DNA of 32,000 nucleotides, taken from an uncultured Synechococcus sp. (GTDB taxonomy: Bacteria > Cyanobacteriota > Cyanobacteriia > Cyanobacteriales > MRBY01). Location of the stretch: NCBI GenBank assembly GCA_964638765.1, contig CAZXBK010000002.1, positions 72 through 32,071 of the forward strand, read 5' to 3'. The notes beneath the pieces were generated by a model, which made no database searches, was not told the DNA's origin, and was given only the letters and a program-made list of their open reading frames with translations. Position numbers and translations under genes: made by a program. Shown piece after piece: positions 14,952 to 23,007 of the stretch (position 1 is its first letter; each line of letters starts with the position of its first letter).

Positions 14952-17386
14952 TTATCGACACGAAAGAACTTTACCAAGAGCTCCAAGAATACCTATCTGA
15001 GAATCCAACAATTCTAGAGCAAAGGTCTGACTACCTGAGAACGGATGAGTATGAATTTTTTATCCAGTACCAACAGGACAGTCTGGATAATCTTATTTTT
15101 GGTAAGGACTCCCGAACTCACATCACAGCAATTGAAGTTGAAAATAATGAAGACATCCTATTTTACGCCGATGGGAGTGTTACTCGCGAACCTCACGTCT
15201 ACTGGCTACTTGCTGAATACAAATTAGACGATCACTTTGAGAAATTAGAGGGCAACCAGACCTACAAGTGGATTCGTAGGTTTAGCAACAAAGACGAATA
15301 TTACAAATTCAGAGGACTATTATCCAAAAAACGTATTGACTATTACTGTGTCTGGAACGAAAAAGAATCTGCAATGATTTACAAAGGCATCACCCTATTT
15401 AATGAAATGAAAGTTGAGGATGTCCCAGTTTTATCATTTGACATCGAAGCAGATGGTCTGGTAGAACATAAAAGATCGCAGGTATTTCTGATTACCAACA
15501 CCTTCAAGAAAAACGGTGCTATCCTAAAGAAACACTTTCGCTTAGACCACTATGGTGACGACTGCGGAGCTATGATCTCAGATTGGTGTGATTGGGTGAG
15601 AACTGTCGATCCTACAGTAATCACAGGACATCATATTTTCGGATATGATTTTCTTTACCTAGCTCACGTTGCTAAACTTTATAACACAACCTTGGATTTA
15701 GGTAAGGACGGGTCTCCGGTGAAATTCGGAAAGAAGCCTAAGAAGTATAGGGTGGATGGTTCGCAAACTTGGGATTACAAAAATGCAGAGATATTTGGTC
15801 GTCACGTAATTGACGGGATGTTTTTGGCAGTGAAATACGATATTGGTAGAAATTATCCTAGCTGGGGTCTGAAACCTATTGCTGAGTACGAAGGGTTTGT
15901 TTCTGAGGATAGACAGTTTTACGATGCAAGCAAGATCTCTGAGAACTGGTCTGATCCGGTTGAAAGGGAGAAAATTGTAGCTTACGGTATTGACGATTCT
16001 GACGACTCACTGGCGATTTACGAGCTAATGATTCCAAGTTTTTTCTATACCGCACAGAGCATACCTAAGCCTTTACAAGTGGTAATTAATTCAGCCTCTG
16101 GATCTTGGTTAAATACGATTATGGTGAGAGCTTACCTACAAGATAATCACTCTATCCCTAAAACGAGTGAGTCACAGAGGGTAGCTGGTGGGATGAGTTA
16201 CGGTATACCTGGGATTTATTCTAATGTTTCTAAATGGGATGCAGCATCATATTATCCAAGCACAGTCCTTGCATTTAAAATACATGATAAAAAGAAAGAT
16301 CCTAAGGCGTACTATTACGAAATGGTGAAATATTTTACAGAGAAAAGGTTTGAACAGAAAGCAGAATACAAAAGAACCGGTGACGAGTACTTTAATGATT
16401 TACAATCATCGAGCAAGACCTTTATCAATTCCGCATATGGACTGTTAGGAACCCCTGGTTTAAATTTCAATTCATTCGAGAATGCTTCCTTAATTACAAA
16501 ATGCTGCCGCAAAGGTTTACAAAAATGTATCATCTGGGCAACAGGAAAAGATGCTAACTATTGGTGGGAGGATTACTCTGAGGAACAGGATTTTTCGGAC
16601 TACGATTTTATTGACAAGAAATCCCAGCTATCGGTTGACGAAATGCCTAAACATAATTGGAAGTTGGTGAATATTGACACAGACTCGCTATCCTTCGCCA
16701 AACAGGATGACTCAGAGTGGACCGATGCTGAGCAGGAAATGATTTTTGAACAGATTAATCAGATAATGTACTCCCCTTGGGAGGATGATGGTTTGTTTGA
16801 CAGATTTGTGGTTCTGAAAGCAAAAAACTATGCTATGCGTGAACTAGGAAAGGATAAAATTAAGATTAAGGGGAGCTCACTAATTGATGCTAAAAAGGAG
16901 CCGGCTCTCAGAGAGATGATGAAAAAACTTGTGACCAATTTTATTAACAAGGATTTGGATTATGTCTCAGTTTACCACCAATACCTGAGAGAAGCCCTAG
17001 ACATTACAGACATCTCTCGTTGGGCTGTCAAAAAATCTATCACAGAAAAGCTGATAGAAGGCAACGACACCGCCAAGAAGAAAGTGTTAGCTGCCTTAGG
17101 TGACCGACCTTACCAAGTTGGTGACAAGGTTTACCTATACAACTGCATAGATGGGATGATCCAGAAGATTGAGAAAGGAGAGCCTAAATTCCTAAAATCT
17201 GGTGAACCTAAAATGATTGAGAACAAAATTGTGAGGTTGTCGGAGAATTTTGATGGAGATTACGACAAAATTCACTATGTTAAGCGAGTATTTAAAACGA
17301 TGGAGATATTTAAGAATATTATTGACATGGATCAAATTTTAAATTATAGTTTAAAAAAGAATATCCCCAAGTTGGAGGAAATATGA
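14939..17386 (+). CDS. Family B DNA polymerase with 3'-5' exonuclease domain
   Basis: Exo I FDIEADG, Exo II FGYDFLYL, Exo III YGIDDSDDSLAIY. Pol motif A DAASYYPS, motif B KTFINSAYG, motif C NIDTDS. Confidence 0.95.
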   Translation: MQSLIIDTKELYQELQEYLSENPTILEQRSDYLRTDEYEFFIQYQQDSLDNLIFGKDSRTHITAIEVENNEDILFYADGSVTREPHVYWLLAEYKLDDHFEKLEGNQTYKWIRRFSNKDEYYKFRGLLSKKRIDYYCVWNEKESAMIYKGITLFNEMKVEDVPVLSFDIEADGLVEHKRSQVFLITNTFKKNGAILKKHFRLDHYGDDCGAMISDWCDWVRTVDPTVITGHHIFGYDFLYLAHVAKLYNTTLDLGKDGSPVKFGKKPKKYRVDGSQTWDYKNAEIFGRHVIDGMFLAVKYDIGRNYPSWGLKPIAEYEGFVSEDRQFYDASKISENWSDPVEREKIVAYGIDDSDDSLAIYELMIPSFFYTAQSIPKPLQVVINSASGSWLNTIMVRAYLQDNHSIPKTSESQRVAGGMSYGIPGIYSNVSKWDAASYYPSTVLAFKIHDKKKDPKAYYYEMVKYFTEKRFEQKAEYKRTGDEYFNDLQSSSKTFINSAYGLLGTPGLNFNSFENASLITKCCRKGLQKCIIWATGKDANYWWEDYSEEQDFSDYDFIDKKSQLSVDEMPKHNWKLVNIDTDSLSFAKQDDSEWTDAEQEMIFEQINQIMYSPWEDDGLFDRFVVLKAKNYAMRELGKDKIKIKGSSLIDAKKEPALREMMKKLVTNFINKDLDYVSVYHQYLREALDITDISRWAVKKSITEKLIEGNDTAKKKVLAALGDRPYQVGDKVYLYNCIDGMIQKIEKGEPKFLKSGEPKMIENKIVRLSENFDGDYDKIHYVKRVFKTMEIFKNIIDMDQILNYSLKKNIPKLEEI
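17322..17350 (+). promoter_or_regulatory. Sigma70-like promoter inside the 3' end of the polymerase gene
   Basis: TTGACA (17322-17327), 17 nt, TATAGT (17345-17350). Confidence 0.4.
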
Positions 17387-17466
17387 TTACTATGACAGTC
17401 GGCGAAGCCCTTTTTGTTCTTTTAATTATTTTATTAGGATTTATTTTGCTTACGATATTAGATTAA
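17383..17466 (+). CDS. Hypothetical 27-aa hydrophobic peptide
   Basis: ATGA overlap with the polymerase stop. Translation is MITMTVGEALFVLLIILLGFILLTILD. Confidence 0.3.
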   Translation: MITMTVGEALFVLLIILLGFILLTILD

Positions 17467-17468
17467 TC

Positions 17469-17498
17469 TTGACACCCACCCACTTTCTATGATATAAT
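17469..17498 (+). promoter_or_regulatory. Sigma70-like promoter upstream of the methyltransferase gene
   Basis: TTGACA (17469-17474), 18 nt, TGa-TATAAT (-10 at 17493-17498). A roughly 65-nt leader with the C-rich tract CCCCCTCCCTCC follows. Confidence 0.6.
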
Positions 17499-17568
17499 TA
17501 TAGTAAGCAAACCCCCTCCCTCCTGTAGTCCTGAGTATGACTTTAAAAGGCTCACTTTTAGGAGAAAT

Positions 17569-18474
17569 ATGAACGTATTATCATTATTTGACGGAATGAG
17601 CTGTGGACAGATTGCACTCAATCGTCTAGGGGTTAACTACAACAATTATTACGCCTCTGAGATAGATAAATATGCCATTCAAATTACACAGAAAAACTAC
17701 CCAAGTACTTATCAACTAGGAGACATCCTCAATTGGAGAGAGTGGGATCTTGATTGGTCCAGTATTTCTTTGGTTACTGGTGGATTTCCCTGTCAAGCCT
17801 GGTCTATAGCCGGTAAACAGTTGGGAGACCGAGACGAGAGAGGTAAACTATTTTGGGTGATGTTAGATGTAATTTCCCATGTCAAAAAGTATAATCCTGA
17901 GGTTAAGTTTTTAATTGAGAATGTAAAAATGAAGAGGGAATTCGAGGAATACATTACCCATCATACAGAGGAAGCTCTGGGTAAAGTTGAGAAAATCCAA
18001 ATAAACAGTAATCTAGTTTCTGCACATAATAGACCTAGGTTTTATTGGACAAATATAAACAACTTAAAACAACCAAAGGATCTTAATATAAATTTAGGTT
18101 CTATTTTAGAAGATAAAGTTGATGAGAAGTATTATTTATCTGAAAAGATTTTAAATGGATCTATGGTCGGTAAAGGGTCATTTAATGGTAGATTTAAACC
18201 ACTAACCAAAGATAGCCCGAAGAGTTATTGTTTAACCGCAAGATATTTTAAAATGGGAAAAACCGATCCCTATATCCAAGAAGTTGAAGGACCCATTAAT
18301 TCAGTTAGTTCTAAAATTAGAAGACTTACACCAATCGAGTGCGAACGCCTCCAAACAGTTCCAGACAATTACACAGAAGGGGTCAGCAACACCCAAAGAT
18401 ATAAAATGTTAGGTAACGGATGGACGGTAGACGTAATTTGTCACATCCTAGGACACGAATATGGAAACAATTAA
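17569..18474 (+). CDS. DNA (cytosine-5) methyltransferase
   Basis: Motif I LFDGMSCG, motif IV GGFPCQAWS, motif VI ENV, motif IX RRLTPIECERLQTVPDNY, motif X LGNGWTV. Confidence 0.9.
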   Translation: MNVLSLFDGMSCGQIALNRLGVNYNNYYASEIDKYAIQITQKNYPSTYQLGDILNWREWDLDWSSISLVTGGFPCQAWSIAGKQLGDRDERGKLFWVMLDVISHVKKYNPEVKFLIENVKMKREFEEYITHHTEEALGKVEKIQINSNLVSAHNRPRFYWTNINNLKQPKDLNINLGSILEDKVDEKYYLSEKILNGSMVGKGSFNGRFKPLTKDSPKSYCLTARYFKMGKTDPYIQEVEGPINSVSSKIRRLTPIECERLQTVPDNYTEGVSNTQRYKMLGNGWTVDVICHILGHEYGNN

Positions 18475-18706
18475 ATCAATTCTCAAATACCTATTTGGCA
18501 TCCTAGTCTCTGTATTAGGTTACCTTGCTCTTACCAAAAAGGATACCTCTGAGGAGGAGAAAGAGTTACAGGAACACAAAGAGGAAATCTTGGAAAAGAT
18601 TGACGAAATCGAAAAGCAGGAAGTTGAGTTAGAAAAAAAGAAGGAAGAAGGATACTCTGAAGAGGAGATCCTAGATTACTGGGAGAATCGAGATGAGTCA
18701 AGATAG
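18461..18706 (+). CDS. Hypothetical protein with N-terminal TM segment and acidic coiled-coil tail
   Basis: Its ATG is embedded in the TAT GGA codons of the methyltransferase C-terminus (HEYGNN). Contains LFGILVSVLGYLAL followed by a Glu/Lys-rich region. Confidence 0.55.
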   Translation: METIKSILKYLFGILVSVLGYLALTKKDTSEEEKELQEHKEEILEKIDEIEKQEVELEKKKEEGYSEEEILDYWENRDESR

Positions 18707-18875
18707 CTTAGCCGTCATTAGACTAAAACTACACGAAGCTCTTAAGAAAAATGAAGAGCTTAGGTCAGAAAAGTATAAAATCCTGAAGTCGGTAAAATCC
18801 GCACAGGAATTTTGTGATCAAAACAGAGCTTTCAGTGCTAAGGAAGTTTTGGATAAAATTTTGGAGAAAAAATGA
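18693..18875 (+). CDS. Hypothetical protein (60 aa)
   Basis: ORF with ATGA-type overlaps at both ends. Confidence 0.5.
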   Translation: MSQDSLAVIRLKLHEALKKNEELRSEKYKILKSVKSAQEFCDQNRAFSAKEVLDKILEKK

Positions 18876-19102
18876 AAGAACACGAAAAAGAATTACTCTC
18901 ACGCTGTGCTGCTTACGAATTAGCGAATAATTTTGATTATGTACCAAATTTTGAGGAAGAGGAGACCGATGATTTCTTCCAAGAGTTTGTTTCAGAATAC
19001 GGAGAAGATGTAGTTAAGTCTGCTTGTGAGCGGGAAGGGTGTAGATCTGACGAAGTAACTAATTCTCTAATTAATTACGTAAAGGGAATCTTTAAAAAAT
19101 GA
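18872..19102 (+). CDS. Hypothetical acidic protein (76 aa)
   Basis: ORF with ATGA overlaps at both ends. Confidence 0.55.
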   Translation: MKEHEKELLSRCAAYELANNFDYVPNFEEEETDDFFQEFVSEYGEDVVKSACEREGCRSDEVTNSLINYVKGIFKK

Positions 19103-19401
19103 AATATTATATCTTATTTTTGATTTTTTTAACATGCTGTACTCCAAAAGTTGATCAAGAGGAAGCTGTACAAGAAGCTCAAAGGAGATTAGAGAATAAA
19201 AATTACGTTCTAGATCAATGTGATTGGTTAGCTAAAAGATATAATTTATACATAGTAACTTATAGATATGATAAGAAAGATTGGCTACTTACAAATGAGT
19301 GTTATTTTGTAAGTAAAAAGAGTCCTCAATTTAGAGTATTTATTTCGCCTAGAGGGATTTATGGATTTAGAAAAATTTTAACCTTAGGAAAAAATAAATG
19401 A
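19099..19401 (+). CDS. Putative lipoprotein (100 aa)
   Basis: N-terminus MKYYILFLIFLTCCTPK: hydrophobic signal followed by Cys. The lipobox is non-canonical. Confidence 0.5.
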   Translation: MKYYILFLIFLTCCTPKVDQEEAVQEAQRRLENKNYVLDQCDWLAKRYNLYIVTYRYDKKDWLLTNECYFVSKKSPQFRVFISPRGIYGFRKILTLGKNK

Positions 19402-19739
19402 AATTGATACTAGCTATTCTCATATCCCTGAACATCTGCTTCGCTCAGACAATCCAACCCATTACAAAGGGAGAATCTGCTCCTAAATCTGGCTATCTGG
19501 TTGACAAGAAGTTTGCTGAGCTTGCTACCTCAAATGACAAAGAAGTACGTCTTCTAAGGGCTAAAACAGCCTCTCTAAAGGATTTACAGGTCACACAAGA
19601 GGAACAGGTAAGCCTATACAAGAAAAGGGCTGAGAAGGCAGAAACAAGGGGTGATTTGAAGGGTATTGGTGGATTTTTACTAGGTGTGCTGGCTACAGGG
19701 TTAGCTAGTTACGTTGCAATAAAGGTGAGTGAGAGATGA
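19398..19739 (+). CDS. Hypothetical envelope protein: N-terminal signal, coiled-coil middle, C-terminal TM
   Basis: N-terminus MKLILAILISLNICFAQ and C-terminal GIGGFLLGVLATGLASYVAI. Confidence 0.55.
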   Translation: MKLILAILISLNICFAQTIQPITKGESAPKSGYLVDKKFAELATSNDKEVRLLRAKTASLKDLQVTQEEQVSLYKKRAEKAETRGDLKGIGGFLLGVLATGLASYVAIKVSER

Positions 19740-19909
19740 TTATTTTATTAGAAGCTTTTTTCTTTTTTATACTTATATGCCTTCTTCTGATATTTTTAGG
19801 AATGATTTTTTATGCTTTTTGTTTAATTATGGACATTGAGCCTAGAAAAACCAAACCTGTGGTGAAGCTTAGGAATATGGTTAAGAAATTGCTAGTGGAA
19901 GAAGAGTGA
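19736..19909 (+). CDS. Hypothetical small membrane protein (57 aa, holin-sized)
   Basis: ATGA overlap start. Long hydrophobic stretch ILLEAFFFFILICLLLIFLGMIFYAFCLI followed by a charged tail. Confidence 0.45.
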   Translation: MIILLEAFFFFILICLLLIFLGMIFYAFCLIMDIEPRKTKPVVKLRNMVKKLLVEEE

Positions 19910-20163
19910 TCTACGGAGAAGTATTAAAATATATTCTAAGCTACCAAAACACCGGAGTAATGTATAAATGGAATGGGGACGATTCTTGGGAAGAGTTGCC
20001 TCCCAGTAAATCAGGATATGATGCTAACTTAGCTTCTTTTATCCTCGAATTTCATTTCGAGATTAAACAAAAAACCAAAAACCTACCTCGGAAACAAAAG
20101 AAAAGGTTAAAGCACCACTTTAACAAAAAAGTAAAAAGGCTCAGAAAAGAGTTTAAAAAGTAG
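19906..20163 (+). CDS. Hypothetical protein with very basic C-terminus
   Basis: GTGA overlap start. The C-terminus is KQKKRLKHHFNKKVKRLRKEFKK. Confidence 0.5.
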   Translation: MIYGEVLKYILSYQNTGVMYKWNGDDSWEELPPSKSGYDANLASFILEFHFEIKQKTKNLPRKQKKRLKHHFNKKVKRLRKEFKK

Positions 20164-20187
20164 ACACCACCTTCTACCGAGTGTCTA
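20161..20187 (+). terminator. Weak terminator-like hairpin
   Basis: TAGACAC (20161-20167) pairs with GTGTCTA (20181-20187) around a 13-nt loop, followed by TTTACTT. The stem is short and the U-tract poor. Confidence 0.25.
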
Positions 20188-20192
20188 TTTAC

Positions 20193-20221
20193 TTGACAAA
20201 AGTCAAATTCATCTATATAAT
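20193..20221 (+). promoter_or_regulatory. Sigma70-like promoter upstream of the exonuclease gene
   Basis: TTGACA (20193-20198), 17 nt, TATAAT (20216-20221). The -35 lies within the palindrome TTGAC-AAAA-GTCAA (20193-20206). Confidence 0.6.
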
Positions 20222-20251
20222 AGAAAGTCGGAAATTAACTAAGGAAACCGA

Positions 20252-21277
20252 ATGAGCAAGAAAGGAAAGCTCAGAACGTTAAAAGATCGTTTTGAGGAAA
20301 CATTATTGGAAGCTGAGAAGATTAGCGGTGTGAAAGCTGGAAGTCTGAGTCGAGATGAGTATGTCAGGATTACTGTGGATAACAAGGTAAAGGGTAGGCT
20401 CAACAAAGAAGAGCTTAACTTTATTGGTGGGTACGCTTCTATGCGTAAGCAGTTAATTGATGAAGGGAAAGTGGATGTTACAATCCAAGTACCAAAAATA
20501 CTAGTTCTGGATATTGAGACTTTTCCGATGGAAGCTTACGTTTGGGGATTATTTGACCAGAACATAGGATTAAATCAGATTAAAAAGGATTGGTCTATTA
20601 TGAGTTGGTCAGCTAGATGGTTAGATCAGCCTGAGGATACAGTAATGTATATGGATGTTAGGGGTCAGAGAAATCTGAGAGATGACAAAAAAATCCTAAA
20701 ACCCTTACTGAAACTTATGGATGAAGCTGACATCGTTTGCGGTCAAAACAGTAAAAGTTTTGATGTAAAAAAGATCAACGCTAGGGCTAAGATTAATGGT
20801 TACAAACCACCATCGTCTTTTAGGCAATATGATACTAAAATTATGGCTAAGAGGTACTTCTCTTTTACATCCAACAAACTTGAATATCTGACACACAAAC
20901 TGTGTACAGATTCTAAAAAGTTAAGTCACGCTAACTTTCCTGGGTTTTCTCTTTGGAGTGCCTGTTTAGAGGATAATTTGGAAGCTTGGGAAGAGTGTGA
21001 AGCCTACAACAAAGCTGACGTAAATTCTACTGCTGAGTTACTTCTCCAACTCCTACCTTGGGATAACACAATAAATTGGGAAGTTTACAGAGACAATCTT
21101 ACATTTCACGCATGTACTTGCGGATCTACTGAATTTAAAAAGAACGGGTTTAGGACAACCAATACTGGTAAATTTCAGAGATTCGTTTGTAAGCAGTGCG
21201 GAAAAGAGAGTAGCAGCAAGGAAAATCTAAAGTCTACTAATTTCAGAAAAAAGCTTAGAAAAAAGTGTGATAGGTAA
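20252..21277 (+). CDS. DEDD-family (RNase H-like fold) 3'-5' exonuclease with C-terminal zinc ribbon
   Basis: Exo I LVLDIETFP, Exo II GQNSKSFDV, Exo III YNKADV. The C-terminal Cys pairs are CTCGS...CKQCG. Confidence 0.75.
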   Translation: MSKKGKLRTLKDRFEETLLEAEKISGVKAGSLSRDEYVRITVDNKVKGRLNKEELNFIGGYASMRKQLIDEGKVDVTIQVPKILVLDIETFPMEAYVWGLFDQNIGLNQIKKDWSIMSWSARWLDQPEDTVMYMDVRGQRNLRDDKKILKPLLKLMDEADIVCGQNSKSFDVKKINARAKINGYKPPSSFRQYDTKIMAKRYFSFTSNKLEYLTHKLCTDSKKLSHANFPGFSLWSACLEDNLEAWEECEAYNKADVNSTAELLLQLLPWDNTINWEVYRDNLTFHACTCGSTEFKKNGFRTTNTGKFQRFVCKQCGKESSSKENLKSTNFRKKLRKKCDR

Positions 21278-21280
21278 TTA

Positions 21281-21847
21281 ATGAAAATTAACAACTTCTC
21301 CGACCAAGCACACACAACAGGTCTTTACCTCCCAACTAGGACAATGTTCCTAACTGGTGAGGTGGGGATCGAAATGTACGAGAACGTGATTACCAATCTT
21401 CACATTTTGGATACCCAACCAGGGACAGTCAAAATTTACATCAACTCAGGTGGTGGAGACGTTACCCAAGCTTGGGCAATATACGATGCTATCCGAGCTA
21501 TGAAATGTATGGTTAGGTGTGTCGTTTTTGGTGAAGCAAGTTCTGCTGCATCCCTAATCCTACAGGCTGGTGACGATAGGATTCTCACTCCCAATTCTGA
21601 GATGATGATTCACGTTGGTGAGGAGGGTTACGAGCAAAACCACCCTAAAAATGTTGAGAATTGGTTTATGCGAAGCAGGGAAGTTGAGGAAAAAATGAAA
21701 GATGTTTACCTTAAAAGGATCAAAGAGAAAAAACCTAGATTTACTAAGAAAAAGTTTGAAGAGCTCTGGATGTTCGATAAGATTTTGAAACCTAAAGAGT
21801 CAGTAGCTCTAGGTTTAGCTGACAAAATTCTAGAAGGTTCCCTGTGA
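21281..21847 (+). CDS. ClpP-like serine protease (no signal peptide)
   Basis: INSGGGDVTQAWAIYDAI, catalytic-Ser region GEASSAASLILQAG, and His region NSEMMIHVG. Confidence 0.78.
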   Translation: MKINNFSDQAHTTGLYLPTRTMFLTGEVGIEMYENVITNLHILDTQPGTVKIYINSGGGDVTQAWAIYDAIRAMKCMVRCVVFGEASSAASLILQAGDDRILTPNSEMMIHVGEEGYEQNHPKNVENWFMRSREVEEKMKDVYLKRIKEKKPRFTKKKFEELWMFDKILKPKESVALGLADKILEGSL

Positions 21848-21894
21848 TTACAGTCAGTTGGGTTGCTATTACAGTTGTCCTGCTCCGATTGTTC

Positions 21895-21923
21895 TTGACA
21901 AAGTGCTTAAAATTTGTTAGAAT
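21895..21923 (+). promoter_or_regulatory. Sigma70-like promoter
   Basis: TTGACA (21895-21900), 17 nt, TGt-TAGAAT (-10 at 21918-21923). Confidence 0.5.
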
Positions 21924-22016
21924 TAAGGTAGATCTTTCTAGTTTTAAGAAATATCTAATCCGGTATGTTCGTTGGAGAGCTACAAGTAGGTTGTGGCGAC
22001 TTTTAGGAGGTTTTTA

Positions 22017-22571
22017 GTGTTCAAAATGTGTATGTGTAAATGTGGAGGGTTAATTCATGCAAAGAACAAAGCCTACGGATACACAGGTAAGGTTTGTTTT
22101 TGTGAAAAACCTGAACCTCGGGAGAATGATTTGATCGGTTACGAAAAAACTTTGACAGAAAAAATATTAGATGAGCAGGGACACGCTCACACAAAAGAAG
22201 ATAAAGAGAATCCAGAAGTTTCACAAGGGGGTTCCTTACGCTACAATAAGGGTAAGCCTCAGTTTTCCAACCTATCCCCGCATTTTATCTTGGAAATGAT
22301 GAAGGGAATGACTGCTGCCAATGACAAATACCCATATCTTAATTATACGAAAAAGATGGACGTTCGTACAGCCTCTGACAGCCTGATGAGACACTTTCTA
22401 AAGTTTCAACAAGGGCATGATATAGACGAAGAGTTAGGAACTCACCATATGGCTCTGGTGGCTATAAACGCTATGATAATTTACCAGAACCTCCTAGATT
22501 TTGGAGATAAGGTGGATAGCAGATATCAAAAAGAGAAAGAGAGAGTGCAGGGTGAGAAGGGGGAAGAGTGA
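22017..22571 (+). CDS. Cys-rich N-terminus plus DUF5664-like (dATP/dGTP diphosphohydrolase N-terminal-like) domain protein
   Basis: GTG 22017 lies 6 nt after SD AGGAGG. LRYNKGKPQFSNLSP...AANDKYPYLNY...SLMRHFLKFQQGHDIDEELGTHHMALVAINAMI resembles that domain from memory; no search was run. Confidence 0.6.
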   Translation: MFKMCMCKCGGLIHAKNKAYGYTGKVCFCEKPEPRENDLIGYEKTLTEKILDEQGHAHTKEDKENPEVSQGGSLRYNKGKPQFSNLSPHFILEMMKGMTAANDKYPYLNYTKKMDVRTASDSLMRHFLKFQQGHDIDEELGTHHMALVAINAMIIYQNLLDFGDKVDSRYQKEKERVQGEKGEE

Positions 22572-22819
22572 GCAATTGGCGAAAGGAGTTGAAAGTTGGA
22601 GATTGGATTTTAGTAGATGATATGAGCAGGCAAAGAGTTGTTTTAGTTAGAGTAAAAGAAGTTGAACCTCTTAATAGTGGAGCGGCTGGAGTTTTCGTAC
22701 ATAGTAAACATAATTCTTACTCTTGGTATCCCTATAGATTAAATACTAGTGCTGCTAATATTCTAGCCCCTCTCAATACAAAAATAACAAAAATATTAAT
22801 AGGAGAACCCAATGCTTAA
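22568..22819 (+). CDS. ILYG-tail family small protein (Ile variant)
   Basis: Contains ELKVGDWILVD near the N-terminus. The tail is NTKITKILIGEPNA; compare 368..571, which ends ILFGAPNA. Confidence 0.8.
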   Translation: MSNWRKELKVGDWILVDDMSRQRVVLVRVKEVEPLNSGAAGVFVHSKHNSYSWYPYRLNTSAANILAPLNTKITKILIGEPNA

Positions 22820-23007
22820 ATTAATTCTACCCCTACTCTTACTAACATCCTGCTCAAGTTTCAGGACCATTTTCAAAATCAGATAATCCAGAAGACGGTT
22901 ACAGTCGTCCAGAAAAGATTGAGTCCTGTATGCGCAGATTTAGGAAGCAAGGATTTTCAGAGAATTTTATTAAAGACGTTTGTCCAAACCTATACAAGGA
23001 ATACTAA
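22812..23007 (+). pseudogene. Small lipoprotein gene interrupted by a +1 frameshift (or recoded)
   Basis: ATG 22812 reads MLKLILPLLLLTSCSSFRTIFKIR-stop (22884-22886). The +1 frame, open from 22846, reads ...SGPFSKSDNPEDGYSRPEKIESCMRRFRKQGFSENFIKDVCPNLYKEY. Its TAA overlaps the next ATG (TAATG at 23005-23009). Confidence 0.4.

Noticed and set aside
21844-22016. 57-codon GTG-initiated ORF after the ClpP-like gene (VITVSWVAITVVLLRLFLTKCLKF...).
   Set aside because: It contains the TTGACA-17-TAGAAT promoter and the SD of the next gene, and has no motif. It is more likely a non-coding leader or promoter region.
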